A stretch of 64,000 nt of DNA, taken from positions 434,001 through 498,000 of the forward strand of contig NW_026782110.1 of assembly GCF_031769215.1 (NCBI RefSeq), read 5' to 3'. Shown here one piece after another: positions 34,471 to 48,008 of the stretch. The stretch's first letter is position 1; each line of letters opens with the position of its first letter. The notes below the pieces were generated by a model that saw only the letters and a list, made by a program, of their open reading frames with translations, was not told the origin of the DNA and made no database searches. This stretch comes from Ylistrum balloti. Its lineage: Eukaryota. The position numbers and the translations under genes were made by a program.

Positions 34471-34797
34471 TCACTCTTCATCTTCGTCTTCTGATCCCGA
34501 AACAACGTCTACAATTTCGCCATACAGGTCCTTTCGGAGTGCGGAGATGTCTTCGGCTTTTTGGTGAGCGTAGTCGTAATACATGTTTCGGAGGCCTTCG
34601 ACAACCGACAATCGAAGTCTGTAACTGTAGCGAAAAGTGCGTAGTCCGTGTCTCTTGGCGCCGAGGTAACGAGACTGCATGTCGTCCAGTTTGTAATTCA
34701 GTTGTACGATCTGTTCACAAGCCCTTCGGAATCGACGTTCATTGTCGAGCAGGACGAAGCGTTGGTGAAGTGGAGAGTTTCGTGCTATGACCTTCAT
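34471..34797 (-). CDS. 108-aa protein, copy 11
   Basis: Same protein as copy 10. Confidence 0.7.
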   Translation of the reverse strand: MKVIARNSPLHQRFVLLDNERRFRRACEQIVQLNYKLDDMQSRYLGAKRHGLRTFRYSYRLRLSVVEGLRNMYYDYAHQKAEDISALRKDLYGEIVDVVSGSEDEDEE

Positions 34798-36234
34798 GCT
34801 TTTTTTTCAAGAGTATGAATGGTGAATGCAGAATGTTCGTCGGTCACCTAGATATAGCCGAGTGTCATCTCTTGAAACGAGAAACTCGTACACACGGATA
34901 TACACATTCTGACGCGTGTCATGTCATTTTGTATATTGAGCTGAAGGCAGCCCACTGATTCCTTGTATAAACACTTGTTACCGTTACGATCGAACGTCGA
35001 ACGGGTCGCGGACACGGGTCCGTGCACACACCTGTAAACACGAATGTATAGGACCAGAACGAAATCAATTATAATTAATATAAACACGTACAGAAGTTAT
35101 CATTAAAATTTCCATCAATCGGTGCTTGTGATTTGTTTACTGTAACACAATATATATCGCTACAGGTCAGTGTATCACGTCATTGAACATTATTGGTCAT
35201 ACGCAAATGGTCGAACACATTGTATAACTTGTATATAACAATATGCGTACATTTTTATTCAAACCACATACACGTTATTGATGTATATAACTTGATCGAA
35301 CTGGTTTTGTGAATTTTATATCATACCGGATATACACGTAGTTTCTATATCTCCGGCGTGTATGGAAAACACGTTTATAATTTTTACGAGTTCACGTCGA
35401 ACTGGTCACGCGACACGGGTCAGAGCATATCGCTACTGTCCTTTTACGTGTATTTAAGAGTTGAACGAAAAAGCAATTAAAATCATTATAAACATATGCA
35501 GTGGGTATAATTATTAAAGCCCTCATCGAACGGAAGTTGAGTTTAGTAGACTTTACTGTTGCACCTATTTTTCCATATCGAACTGCCGTTACTGAACACT
35601 TAAGAGCCATCAAAATGGCCGAAACACTGCCTTATATGACCTGTGCGTTGGCATGGAGCTTGACCAGAATAATGAAGTGACCTGTAAACCGGTCGGACGT
35701 TTTCATTAAACATATTTAATCAATTACTTGTGATGACGAGAAATGTGTTGTTTTTAAACTGTTTTAATTAGTACTAGGAAAACTTGAACGCCTTTTTGTA
35801 TACGTGCATGTAAACCATTTAATTGATGTTTTGCTTGACCGAAATGCACGACTGCATGCTGTTTTAGGGGAAGAAGAGTTTCAAACTTTATATCATACAT
35901 GGTATACACGTATGTAAATTTAAACGTCGACGTGCAAATTTGATTGACAAGCTGATGCATGTGTATCAAAGTAGGGGTTGGGAGTGTATAACGATATACT
36001 GAATGTCGAAAAAGGACGACGCACGGGCCAGAGAAATTATCGTTTCGAGAGGACAATATACGATAGAAAAGAAAAAGAAAGAAAAATGCCTTTTGTGTCA
36101 GTGCTGGACATCGAATCCGTTTATCTGAAAGCATCGTTACGTTTACGTAATTCTATATATATCTAAATAAGAACAAAACCCAATTTCTTTGCGTATATTC
36201 GAGTGAAATGGACACTTGTTGAGAAGAAGTGGGT

Positions 36235-36250
36235 GGCTCTGAAAAGAGCC
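36235..36250 (-). terminator. Histone-type 3' stem-loop, copy 12
   Basis: Identical to copy 1. Confidence 0.88.
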
Positions 36251-36276
36251 GTTGTTAGGGTTTAGGACTGTCATCG

Positions 36277-36603
36277 TCACTCTTCATCTTCGTCTTCTGA
36301 TCCCGAAACAACGTCTACAATTTCGCCATACAGGTCCTTTCGGAGTGCGGAGATGTCTTCGGCTTTTTGGTGAGCGTAGTCGTAATACATGTTTCGGAGG
36401 CCTTCGACAACCGACAATCGAAGTCTGTAACTGTAGCGAAAAGTGCGTAGTCCGTCTCTCTTGGCGCCGAGGTAACGAGACTGCATGTCGTCCAGTTTGT
36501 AATTCAGTTGTACGATCTGTTCACAAGCCCTTCGGAATCGACGTTCATTGTCGAGCAGGACGAAGCGTTGGTGAAGTGGAGAGTTTCGTGCTATGACCTT
36601 CAT
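36277..36603 (-). CDS. 108-aa protein, copy 12
   Basis: Intact; adds AKRDG variant. Confidence 0.7.
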   Translation of the reverse strand: MKVIARNSPLHQRFVLLDNERRFRRACEQIVQLNYKLDDMQSRYLGAKRDGLRTFRYSYRLRLSVVEGLRNMYYDYAHQKAEDISALRKDLYGEIVDVVSGSEDEDEE

Positions 36604-38036
36604 GCTTTTCAAGAGTATGAATGGTGAATGCAGAATGTTCGTCGGTCACCTAGATATAGCCGAGTGTCATCTCTTGAAACGAGAAACTCGTACACACGGA
36701 TATACACATTCTGACGCGTGTCATGTCATTTTGTATATTGAGCTGAAGGCAGCCCACTGATTCCTTGTATAAACACTTGTTACCGTTACGATCGAACGTC
36801 GAACGGGTCGCGGACACGGGTCCGTGCACACACCTGTAAACACGAATGTATAGGACCAGAACGAAATCAATTATAATTAATATAAACACGTACAGAAGTT
36901 ATCATTAAAATTTCCATCAATCGGTGCTTGTGATTTGTTTACTGTAACACAATATATATCGCTACAGGTCAGTGTATCACGTCATTGAACATTATTGGTC
37001 ATACGCAAATGGTCGAACACATTGTATAACTTGTATATAACAATATGCGTACATTTTTATTCAAACCACATACACGTTATTGATGTATATAACTTGATCG
37101 AACTGGTTTTGTGAATTTTATATCATACCGGATATACACGTAGTTTCTATATCTCCGGCGTGTATGGAAAACACGTTTATAATTTTTACGAGTTCACGTC
37201 GAACTGGTCACGCGACACGGGTCAGAGCATATCGCTACTGTCCTTTTACGTGTATTTAAGAGTTGAACGAAAAAGCAATTAAAATCATTATAAACATATG
37301 CAGTGGGTATAATTATTAAAGCCCTCATCGAACGGAAGTTGAGTTTAGTAGACTTTACTGTTGCACCTATTTTTCCATATCGAACTGCCGTTACTGAACA
37401 CTTAAGAGCCATCAAAATGGCCGAAACACTGCCTTATATGACCTGTGCGTTGGCATGGAGCTTGACCAGAATAATGAAGTGACCTGTAAACCGGTCGGAC
37501 GTTTTCATTAAACATATTTAATCAATTACTTGTGATGACGAGAAATGTGTTGTTTTTAAACTGTTTTAATTAGTACTAGGAAAACTTGAACGCCTTTTTG
37601 TATACGTGCATGTAAACCATTTAATTGATGTTTTGCTTGACCGAAATGCACGACTGCATGCTGTTTTAGGGGAAGAAGAGTTTCAAACTTTATATCATAC
37701 ATGGTATACACGTATGTAAATTTAAACGTCGACGTGCAAATTTGATTGACAAGCTGATGCATGTGTATCAAAGTAGGGGTTGGGAGTGTATAACGATATA
37801 CTGAATGTCGAAAAAGGACGACGCACGGGCCAGAGAAATTATCGTTTCGAGAGGACAATATACGATAGAAAAGAAAAAGAAAGAAAAATGCCTTTTGTGT
37901 CAGTGCTGGACATCGAATCCGTTTATCTGAAAGCATCGTTACGTTTACGTAATTCTATATATATCTAAATAAGAACAAAACCCAATTTCTTTGCGTATAT
38001 TCGAGTGAAATGGACACTTGTTGAGAAGAAGTGGGT

Positions 38037-38052
38037 GGCTCTGAAAAGAGCC
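38037..38052 (-). terminator. Histone-type 3' stem-loop, copy 13
   Basis: Identical to copy 1. Confidence 0.88.
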
Positions 38053-38078
38053 GTTGTTAGGGTTTAGGACTGTCATCG

Positions 38079-38405
38079 TCACTCTTCATCTTCGTCTTCT
38101 GATCCCGAAACAACGTCTACAATTTCGCCATACAGGTCCTTTCGGAGTGCGGAGATGTCTTCGGCTTTTTGGTGAGCGTAGTCGTAATACATGTTTCGGA
38201 GGCCTTCGACAACCGACAATCGAAGTCTGTAACTGTAGCGAAAAGTGCGTAGTCCGTCTCTCTTGGCGCCGAGGTAACGAGACTGCATGTCGTCCAGTTT
38301 GTAATTCAGTTGTACGATCTGTTCACAAGCCCTTCGGAATCGACGTTCATTGTCGAGCAGGACGAAGCGTTGGTGAAGTGGAGAGTTTCGTGCTATGACC
38401 TTCAT
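38079..38405 (-). CDS. 108-aa protein, copy 13
   Basis: Same protein as copy 12. Confidence 0.7.
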   Translation of the reverse strand: MKVIARNSPLHQRFVLLDNERRFRRACEQIVQLNYKLDDMQSRYLGAKRDGLRTFRYSYRLRLSVVEGLRNMYYDYAHQKAEDISALRKDLYGEIVDVVSGSEDEDEE

Positions 38406-39840
38406 GCTTTTTTTTCAAGAGTATGAATGGTGAATGCAGAATGTTCGTCGGTCACCTAGATATAGCCGAGTGTCATCTCTTGAAACGAGAAACTCGTACA
38501 CACGGATATACACATTCTGACGCGTGTCATGTCATTTTGTATATTGAGCTGAAGGCAGCCCACTGATTCCTTGTATAAACACTTGTTACCGTTACGATCG
38601 AACGTCGAACGGGTCGCGGACACGGGTCCGTGCACACACCTGTAAACACGAATGTATAGGACCAGAACGAAATCAATTATAATTAATATAAACACGTACA
38701 GAAGTTATCATTAAAATTTCCATCAATCGGTGCTTGTGATTTGTTTACTGTAACACAATATATATCGCTACAGGTCAGTGTATCACGTCATTGAACATTA
38801 TTGGTCATACGCAAATGGTCGAACACATTGTATAACTTGTATATAACAATATGCGTACATTTTTATTCAAACCACATACACGTTATTGATGTATATAACT
38901 TGATCGAACTGGTTTTGTGAATTTTATATCATACCGGATATACACGTAGTTTCTATATCTCCGGCGTGTATGGAAAACACGTTTATAATTTTTACGAGTT
39001 CACGTCGAACTGGTCACGCGACACGGGTCAGAGCATATCGCTACTGTCCTTTTACGTGTATTTAAGAGTTGAACGAAAAAGCAATTAAAATCATTATAAA
39101 CATGCAGTGGGTATAATTATTAAAGCCCTCATCGAACGGAAGTTGAGTTTAGTAGACTTTACTGTTGCACCTATTTTTCCATATCGAACTGCCGTTACTG
39201 AACACTTAAGAGCCATCAAAATGGCCGAAACACTGCCTTATATGACCTGTGCGTTGGCATGGAGCTTGACCAGAATAATGAAGTGACCTGTAAACCGGTC
39301 GGACGTTTTCATTAAACATATTTAATCAATTACTTGTGATGACGAGAAATGTGTTGTTTTTAAACTGTTTTAATTAGTACTAGGAAAACTTGAACGCCTT
39401 TTTGTATACGTGCATGTAAACCATTTAATTGATGTTTTGCTTGACCGAAATGCACGACTGCATGCTGTTTTAGGGGAAGAAGAGTTTCAAACTTTATATC
39501 ATACATGGTATACACGTATGTAAATTTAAACGTCGACGTGCAAATTTGATTGACAAGCTGATGCATGTGTATCAAAGTAGGGGTTGGGAGTGTATAACGA
39601 TATACTGAATGTCGAAAAAGGACGACGCACGGGCCAGAGAAATTATCGTTTCGAGAGGACAATATACGATAGAAAAGAAAAAGAAAGAAAAATGCCTTTT
39701 GTGTCAGTGCTGGACATCGAATCCGTTTATCTGAAAGCATCGTTACGTTTACGTAATTCTATATGTATCTAAATAAGAACAAAACCCAATTTCTTTGCGT
39801 ATATTCGAGTGAAATGGACACTTGTTGAGAAGAAGTGGGT

Positions 39841-39856
39841 GGCTCTGAAAAGAGCC
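39841..39856 (-). terminator. Histone-type 3' stem-loop, copy 14
   Basis: Identical to copy 1. Confidence 0.88.
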
Positions 39857-39882
39857 GTTGTTAGGGTTTAGGACTGTCATCG

Positions 39883-40209
39883 TCACTCTTCATCTTCGTC
39901 TTCTGATCCCGAAACAACGTCTACAATTTCGCCATACAGGTCCTTTCGGAGTGCGGAGATGTCTTCGGCTTTTTGGTGAGCGTAGTCGTAATACATGTTT
40001 CGGAGGCCTTCGACAACCGACAATCGAAGTCTGTAACTGTAGCGAAAAGTGCGTAGTCCGTCTCTCTTGGCGCCGAGGTAACGAGACTGCATGTCGTCCA
40101 GTTTGTAATTCAGTTGTACGATCTGTTCACAAGCCCTTCGGAATCGACGTTCATTGTCGAGCAGGACGAAGCGTTGGTGAAGTGGAGAGTTTCGTGCTAT
40201 GACCTTCAT
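39883..40209 (-). CDS. 108-aa protein, copy 14
   Basis: Same protein as copy 12. Confidence 0.7.
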   Translation of the reverse strand: MKVIARNSPLHQRFVLLDNERRFRRACEQIVQLNYKLDDMQSRYLGAKRDGLRTFRYSYRLRLSVVEGLRNMYYDYAHQKAEDISALRKDLYGEIVDVVSGSEDEDEE

Positions 40210-41646
40210 GCTTTTTTTTCAAGAGTATGAATGGTGAATGCAGAATGTTCGTCGGTCACCTAGATATAGCCGAGTGTCATCTCTTGAAACGAGAAACTCG
40301 TACACACGGATATACACATTCTGACGCGTGTCATGTCATTTTGTATATTGAGCTGAAGGCAGCCCACTGATTCCTTGTATAAACACTTGTTACCGTTACG
40401 ATCGAACGTCGAACGGGTCGCGGACACGGGTCCGTGCACACACCTGTAAACACGAATGTATAGGACCAGAACGAAATCAATTATAATTAATATAAACACG
40501 TACAGAAGTTATCATTAAAATTTCCATCAATCGGTGCTTGTGATTTGTTTACTGTAACACAATATATATCGCTACAGGTCAGTGTATCACGTCATTGAAC
40601 ATTATTGGTCATACGCAAATGGTCGAACACATTGTATAACTTGTATATAACAATATGCGTACATTTTTATTCAAACCACATACACGTTATTGATGTATAT
40701 AACTTGATCGAACTGGTTTTGTGAATTTTATATCATACCGGATATACACGTAGTTTCTATATCTCCGGCGTGTATGGAAAACACGTTTATAATTTTTACG
40801 AGTTCACGTCGAACTGGTCACGCGACACGGGTCAGAGCATATCGCTACTGTCCTTTTACGTGTATTTAAGAGTTGAACGAAAAAGCAATTAAAATCATTA
40901 TAAACATATGCAGTGGGTATAATTATTAAAGCCCTCATCGAACGGAAGTTGAGTTTAGTAGACTTTACTGTTGCACCTATTTTTCCATATCGAACTGCCG
41001 TTACTGAACACTTAAGAGCCATCAAAATGGCCGAAACACTGCCTTATATGACCTGTGCGTTGGCATGGAGCTTGACCAGAATAATGAAGTGACCTGTAAA
41101 CCGGTCGGACGTTTTCATTAAACATATTTAATCAATTACTTGTGATGACGAGAAATGTGTTGTTTTTAAACTGTTTTAATTAGTACTAGGAAAACTTGAA
41201 CGCCTTTTTGTATACGTGCATGTAAACCATTTAATTGATGTTTTGCTTGACCGAAATGCACGACTGCATGCTGTTTTAGGGGAAGAAGAGTTTCAAACTT
41301 TATATCATACATGGTATACACGTATGTAAATTTAAACGTCGACGTGCAAATTTGATTGACAAGCTGATGCATGTGTATCAAAGTAGGGGTTGGGAGTGTA
41401 TAACGATATACTGAATGTCGAAAAAGGACGACGCACGGGCCAGAGAAATTATCGTTTCGAGAGGACAATATACGATAGAAAAGAAAAAGAAAGAAAAATG
41501 CCTTTTGTGTCAGTGCTGGACATCGAATCCGTTTATCTGAAAGCATCGTTACGTTTACGTAATTCTATATATATCTAAATAAGAACAAAACCCAATTTCT
41601 TTGCGTATATTCGAGTGAAATGGACACTTGTTGAGAAGAAGTGGGT

Positions 41647-41662
41647 GGCTCTGAAAAGAGCC
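41647..41662 (-). terminator. Histone-type 3' stem-loop, copy 15
   Basis: Identical to copy 1. Confidence 0.88.
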
Positions 41663-41688
41663 GTTGTTAGGGTTTAGGACTGTCATCG

Positions 41689-42015
41689 TCACTCTTCATC
41701 TTCGTCTTCTGATCCCGAAACAACGTCTACAATTTCGCCATACAGGTCCTTTCGGAGTGCGGAGATGTCTTCGGCTTTTTGGTGAGCGTAGTCGTAATAC
41801 ATGTTTCGGAGGCCTTCGACAACCGACAATCGAAGTCTGTAACTGTAGCGAAAAGTGCGTAGTCCGTCTCTCTTGGCGCCGAGGTAACGAGACTGCATGT
41901 CGTCCAGTTTGTAATTCAGTTGTACGATCTGTTCACAAGCCCTTCGGAATCGACGTTCATTGTCGAGCAGGACGAAGCGTTGGTGAAGTGGAGAGTTTCG
42001 TGCTATGACCTTCAT
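41689..42015 (-). CDS. 108-aa protein, copy 15
   Basis: Same protein as copy 12. Confidence 0.7.
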   Translation of the reverse strand: MKVIARNSPLHQRFVLLDNERRFRRACEQIVQLNYKLDDMQSRYLGAKRDGLRTFRYSYRLRLSVVEGLRNMYYDYAHQKAEDISALRKDLYGEIVDVVSGSEDEDEE

Positions 42016-43452
42016 GCTTTTTTTTCAAGAGTATGAATGGTGAATGCAGAATGTTCGTCGGTCACCTAGATATAGCCGAGTGTCATCTCTTGAAACGAGA
42101 AACTCGTACACACGGATATACACATTCTGACGCGTGTCATGTCATTTTGTATATTGAGCTGAAGGCAGCCCACTGATTCCTTGTATAAACACTTGTTACC
42201 GTTACGATCGAACGTCGAACGGGTCGCGGACACGGGTCCGTGCACACACCTGTAAACACGAATGTATAGGACCAGAACGAAATCAATTATAATTAATATA
42301 AACACGTACAGAAGTTATCATTAAAATTTCCATCAATCGGTGCTTGTGATTTGTTTACTGTAACACAATATATATCGCTACAGGTCAGTGTATCACGTCA
42401 TTGAACATTATTGGTCATACGCAAATGGTCGAACACATTGTATAACTTGTATATAACAATATGCGTACATTTTTATTCAAACCACATACACGTTATTGAT
42501 GTATATAACTTGATCGAACTGGTTTTGTGAATTTTATATCATACCGGATATACACGTAGTTTCTATATCTCCGGCGTGTATGGAAAACACGTTTATAATT
42601 TTTACGAGTTCACGTCGAACTGGTCACGCGACACGGGTCAGAGCATATCGCTACTGTCCTTTTACGTGTATTTAAGAGTTGAACGAAAAAGCAATTAAAA
42701 TCATTATAAACATATGCAGTGGGTATAATTATTAAAGCCCTCATCGAACGGAAGTTGAGTTTAGTAGACTTTACTGTTGCACCTATTTTTCCATATCGAA
42801 CTGCCGTTACTGAACACTTAAGAGCCATCAAAATGGCCGAAACACTGCCTTATATGACCTGTGCGTTGGCATGGAGCTTGACCAGAATAATGAAGTGACC
42901 TGTAAACCGGTCGGACGTTTTCATTAAACATATTTAATCAATTACTTGTGATGACGAGAAATGTGTTGTTTTTAAACTGTTTTAATTAGTACTAGGAAAA
43001 CTTGAACGCCTTTTTGTATACGTGCATGTAAACCATTTAATTGATGTTTTGCTTGACCGAAATGCACGACTGCATGCTGTTTTAGGGGAAGAAGAGTTTC
43101 AAACTTTATATCATACATGGTATACACGTATGTAAATTTAAACGTCGACGTGCAAATTTGATTGACAAGCTGATGCATGTGTATCAAAGTAGGGGTTGGG
43201 AGTGTATAACGATATACTGAATGTCGAAAAAGGACGACGCACGGGCCAGAGAAATTATCGTTTCGAGAGGACAATATACGATAGAAAAGAAAAAGAAAGA
43301 AAAATGCCTTTTGTGTCAGTGCTGGACATCGAATCCGTTTATCTGAAAGCATCGTTACGTTTACGTAATTCTATATATATCTAAATAAGAACAAAACCCA
43401 ATTTCTTTGCGTATATTCGAGTGAAATGGACACTTGTTGAGAAGAAGTGGGT

Positions 43453-43468
43453 GGCTCTGAAAAGAGCC
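43453..43468 (-). terminator. Histone-type 3' stem-loop, copy 16
   Basis: Identical to copy 1. Confidence 0.88.
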
Positions 43469-43494
43469 GTTGTTAGGGTTTAGGACTGTCATCG

Positions 43495-43821
43495 TCACTC
43501 TTCATCTTCGTCTTCTGATCCCGAAACAACGTCTACAATTTCGCCATACAGGTCCTTTCGGAGTGCGGAGATGTCTTCGGCTTTTTGGTGAGCGTAGTCG
43601 TAATACATGTTTCGGAGGCCTTCGACAACCGACAATCGAAGTCTGTAACTGTAGCGAAAAGTGCGTAGTCCGTCTCTCTTGGCGCCGAGGTAACGAGACT
43701 GCATGTCGTCCAGTTTGTAATTCAGTTGTACGATCTGTTCACAAGCCCTTCGGAATCGACGTTCATTGTCGAGCAGGACGAAGCGTTGGTGAAGTGGAGA
43801 GTTTCGTGCTATGACCTTCAT
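43495..43821 (-). CDS. 108-aa protein, copy 16
   Basis: Same protein as copy 12. Confidence 0.7.
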   Translation of the reverse strand: MKVIARNSPLHQRFVLLDNERRFRRACEQIVQLNYKLDDMQSRYLGAKRDGLRTFRYSYRLRLSVVEGLRNMYYDYAHQKAEDISALRKDLYGEIVDVVSGSEDEDEE

Positions 43822-44117
43822 GCTTTTTTTTCAAGAGTATGAATGGTGAATGCAGAATGTTCGTCGGTCACCTAGATATAGCCGAGTGTCATCTCTTGAA
43901 ACGAGAAACTCGTACACACGGATATACACATTCTGACGCGTGTCATGTCATTTTGTATATTGAGCTGAAGGCAGCCCACTGATTCCTTGTATAAACACTT
44001 GTTACCGTTACGATCGAACGTCGAACGGGTCGCGGACACGGGTCCGTGCACACACCTGTAAACACGAATGTATAGGACCAGAACGAAATCAATTAATAAT
44101 ATAAACACGTACAGAAG

Positions 44118-44705
44118 TTATCATTAAAATTTCCATCAATCGGTGCTTGTGATTTGTTTACTGTAACACAATATATATCGCTACAGGTCAGTGTATCACG
44201 TCATTGAACATTATTGGTCATACGCAAATGGTCGAACACATTGTATAACTTGTATATAACAATATGCGTACATTTTTATTCAAACCACATACACGTTATT
44301 GATGTATATAACTTGATCGAACTGGTTTTGTGAATTTTATATCATACCGGATATACACGTAGTTTCTATATCTCCGGCGTGTATGGAAAACACGTTTATA
44401 ATTTTTACGAGTTCACGTCGAACTGGTCACGCGACACGGGTCAGAGCATATCGCTACTGTCCTTTTACGTGTATTTAAGAGTTGAACGAAAAAGCAATTA
44501 AAATCATTATAAACATATGCAGTGGGTATAATTATTAAAGCCCTCATCGAACGGAAGTTGAGTTTAGTAGACTTTACTGTTGCACCTATTTTTCCATATC
44601 GAACTGCCGTTACTGAACACTTAAGAGCACACAAAACCTGTAAACAATATGCCTTATATGACCTGTCACATACACGTTGGCAAGCTTATAATTAATTAAC
44701 TACGT
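44118..44705. repeat. Partial array unit ending in a scrambled junction
   Basis: ORF spacing 43495 to 45876 is 2,381 bp = 1,806 + 575; this unit lacks the 108-aa gene. Confidence 0.85.
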
Positions 44706-45833
44706 TTATCATTAAAATTTCCATCAATCGGTGCTTGTGATTTGTTTATAACACAATATATATCGCTACAGGTCAGTGTATCACGTCATTATTGGTCATA
44801 CGCAAATGGTCGAACACATTGTATAACTTGTATATAACAATATGCGTACATTTTTATTCAAACCACATACACGTTATTGATGTATATAACTTGATCGAAC
44901 TGGTTTTGTGAATTTTATATCATACCGGATATACACGTAGTTTCTATATCTCCGGCGTGTATGGAAAACACGTTTATAATTTTTACGAGTTCACGTCGAA
45001 CTGGTCACGCGACACGGGTCAGAGCATATCGCTACTGTCCTTTTACGTGTATTTAAGAGTTGAACGAAAAAGCAATTAAAATCATTATAAACATATGCAG
45101 TGGGTATAATTATTAAAGCCCTCATCGAACGGAAGTTGAGTTTAGTAGACTTTACTGTTGCACCTATTTTTCCATATCGAACTGCCGTTACTGAACACTT
45201 AAGAGCCATCAAAATGGCCGAAACACTGCCTTATATGACCTGTGCGTTGGCATGGAGCTTGACCAGAATAATGAAGTGACCTGTAAACCGGTCGGACGTT
45301 TTCATTAAACATATTTAATCAATTACTTGTGATGACGAGAAATGTGTTGTTTTTAAACTGTTTTAATTAGTACTAGGAAAACTTGAACGCCTTTTTGTAT
45401 ACGTGCATGTAAACCATTTAATTGATGTTTTGCTTGACCGAAATGCACGACTGCATGCTGTTTTAGGGGAAGAAGAGTTTCAAACTTTATATCATACATG
45501 GTATACACGTATGTAAATTTAAACGTCGACGTGCAAATTTGATTGACAAGCTGATGCATGTGTATCAAAGTAGGGGTTGGGAGTGTATAACGATATACTG
45601 AATGTCGAAAAAGGACGACGCACGGGCCAGAGAAATTATCGTTTCGAGAGGACAATATACGATAGAAAAGAAAAAGAAAGAAAAATGCCTTTTGTGTCAG
45701 TGCTGGACATCGAATCCGTTTATCTGAAAGCATCGTTACGTTTACGTAATTCTATATATATCTAAATAAGAACAAAACCCAATTTCTTTGCGTATATTCG
45801 AGTGAAATGGACACTTGTTGAGAAGAAGTGGGT

Positions 45834-45849
45834 GGCTCTGAAAAGAGCC
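45834..45849 (-). terminator. Histone-type 3' stem-loop, copy 17
   Basis: Identical to copy 1. Confidence 0.88.
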
Positions 45850-45875
45850 GTTGTTAGGGTTTAGGACTGTCATCG

Positions 45876-46202
45876 TCACTCTTCATCTTCGTCTTCTGAT
45901 CCCGAAACAACGTCTACAATTTCGCCATACAGGTCCTTTCGGAGTGCGGAGATGTCTTCGGCTTTTTGGTGAGCGTAGTCGTAATACATGTTTCGGAGGC
46001 CTTCGACAACCGACAATCGAAGTCTGTAACTGTAGCGAAAAGTGCGTAGTCCGTCTCTCTTGGCGCCGAGGTAACGAGACTGCATGTCGTCCAGTTTGTA
46101 ATTCAGTTGTACGATCTGTTCACAAGCCCTTCGGAATCGACGTTCATTGTCGAGCAGGACGAAGCGTTGGTGAAGTGGAGAGTTTCGTGCTATGACCTTC
46201 AT
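45876..46202 (-). CDS. 108-aa protein, copy 17
   Basis: Same protein as copy 12. Confidence 0.7.
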   Translation of the reverse strand: MKVIARNSPLHQRFVLLDNERRFRRACEQIVQLNYKLDDMQSRYLGAKRDGLRTFRYSYRLRLSVVEGLRNMYYDYAHQKAEDISALRKDLYGEIVDVVSGSEDEDEE

Positions 46203-47639
46203 GCTTTTTTTTCAAGAGTATGAATGGTGAATGCAGAATGTTCGTCGGTCACCTAGATATAGCCGAGTGTCATCTCTTGAAACGAGAAACTCGTACACAC
46301 GGATATACACATTCTGACGCGTGTCATGTCATTTTGTATATTGAGCTGAAGGCAGCCCACTGATTCCTTGTATAAACACTTGTTACCGTTACGATCGAAC
46401 GTCGAACGGGTCGCGGACACGGGTCCGTGCACACACCTGTAAACACGAATGTATAGGACCAGAACGAAATCAATTATAATTAATATAAACACGTACAGAA
46501 GTTATCATTAAAATTTCCATCAATCGGTGCTTGTGATTTGTTTACTGTAACACAATATATATCGCTACAGGTCAGTGTATCACGTCATTGAACATTATTG
46601 GTCATACGCAAATGGTCGAACACATTGTATAACTTGTATATAACAATATGCGTACATTTTTATTCAAACCACATACACGTTATTGATGTATATAACTTGA
46701 TCGAACTGGTTTTGTGAATTTTATATCATACCGGATATACACGTAGTTTCTATATCTCCGGCGTGTATGGAAAACACGTTTATAATTTTTACGAGTTCAC
46801 GTCGAACTGGTCACGCGACACGGGTCAGAGCATATCGCTACTGTCCTTTTACGTGTATTTAAGAGTTGAACGAAAAAGCAATTAAAATCATTATAAACAT
46901 ATGCAGTGGGTATAATTATTAAAGCCCTCATCGAACGGAAGTTGAGTTTAGTAGACTTTACTGTTGCACCTATTTTTCCATATCGAACTGCCGTTACTGA
47001 ACACTTAAGAGCCATCAAAATGGCCGAAACACTGCCTTATATGACCTGTGCGTTGGCATGGAGCTTGACCAGAATAATGAAGTGACCTGTAAACCGGTCG
47101 GACGTTTTCATTAAACATATTTAATCAATTACTTGTGATGACGAGAAATGTGTTGTTTTTTAACTGTTTTAATTAGTACTAGGAAAACTTGAACGCCTTT
47201 TTGTATACGTGCATGTAAACCATTTAATTGATGTTTTGCTTGACCGAAATGCACGACTGCATGCTGTTTTAGGGGAAGAAGAGTTTCAAACTTTATATCA
47301 TACATTGTATACACGTATGTAAATTTAAACGTCGACGTGCAAATTTGATTGACAAGCTGATGCATGTGTATCAAAGTAGGGGTTGGGAGTGTATAACGAT
47401 ATACTGAATGTCGAAAAAGGACGACGCACGGGCCAGAGAAATTATCGTTTCGAGAGGACAATATACGATAGAAAAGAAAAAGAAAGAAAAATGCCTTTTG
47501 TGTCAGTGCTGGACATCGAATCCGTTTATCTGAAAGCATCGTTACGTTTACGTAATTCTATATATATCTAAATAAGAACAAAACACAATTTCTTTGCGTA
47601 TATTCGAGTGAAATGGACACTTGTTGAGAAGAAGTGGGT

Positions 47640-47655
47640 GGCTCTGAAAAGAGCC
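47640..47655 (-). terminator. Histone-type 3' stem-loop, copy 18
   Basis: Identical to copy 1. Confidence 0.88.
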
Positions 47656-47681
47656 GTTGTTAGGGTTTAGGACTGTCATCG

Positions 47682-48008
47682 TCACTCTTCATCTTCGTCT
47701 TCTGATCCCGAAACAACGTCTACAATTTCGCCATACAGGTCCTTTCGGAGTGCGGAGATGTCTTCGGCTTTTTGGTGAGCGTAGTCGTAATACATGTTTC
47801 GGAGGCCTTCGACAACCGACAATCGAAGTCTGTAACTGTAGCGAAAAGTGCGTAGTCCGTCTCTCTTGGCGCCGAGGTAACGAGACTGCATGTCGTCCAG
47901 TTTGTAATTCAGTTGTACGATCTGTTCACAAGCCCTTCGGAATCGACGTTCATTGTCGAGCAGGACGAAGCGTTGGTGAAGTGGAGAGTTTCGTGCTATG
48001 ACCTTCAT
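47682..48008 (-). CDS. 108-aa protein, copy 18
   Basis: Same protein as copy 12. Confidence 0.7.
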   Translation of the reverse strand: MKVIARNSPLHQRFVLLDNERRFRRACEQIVQLNYKLDDMQSRYLGAKRDGLRTFRYSYRLRLSVVEGLRNMYYDYAHQKAEDISALRKDLYGEIVDVVSGSEDEDEE

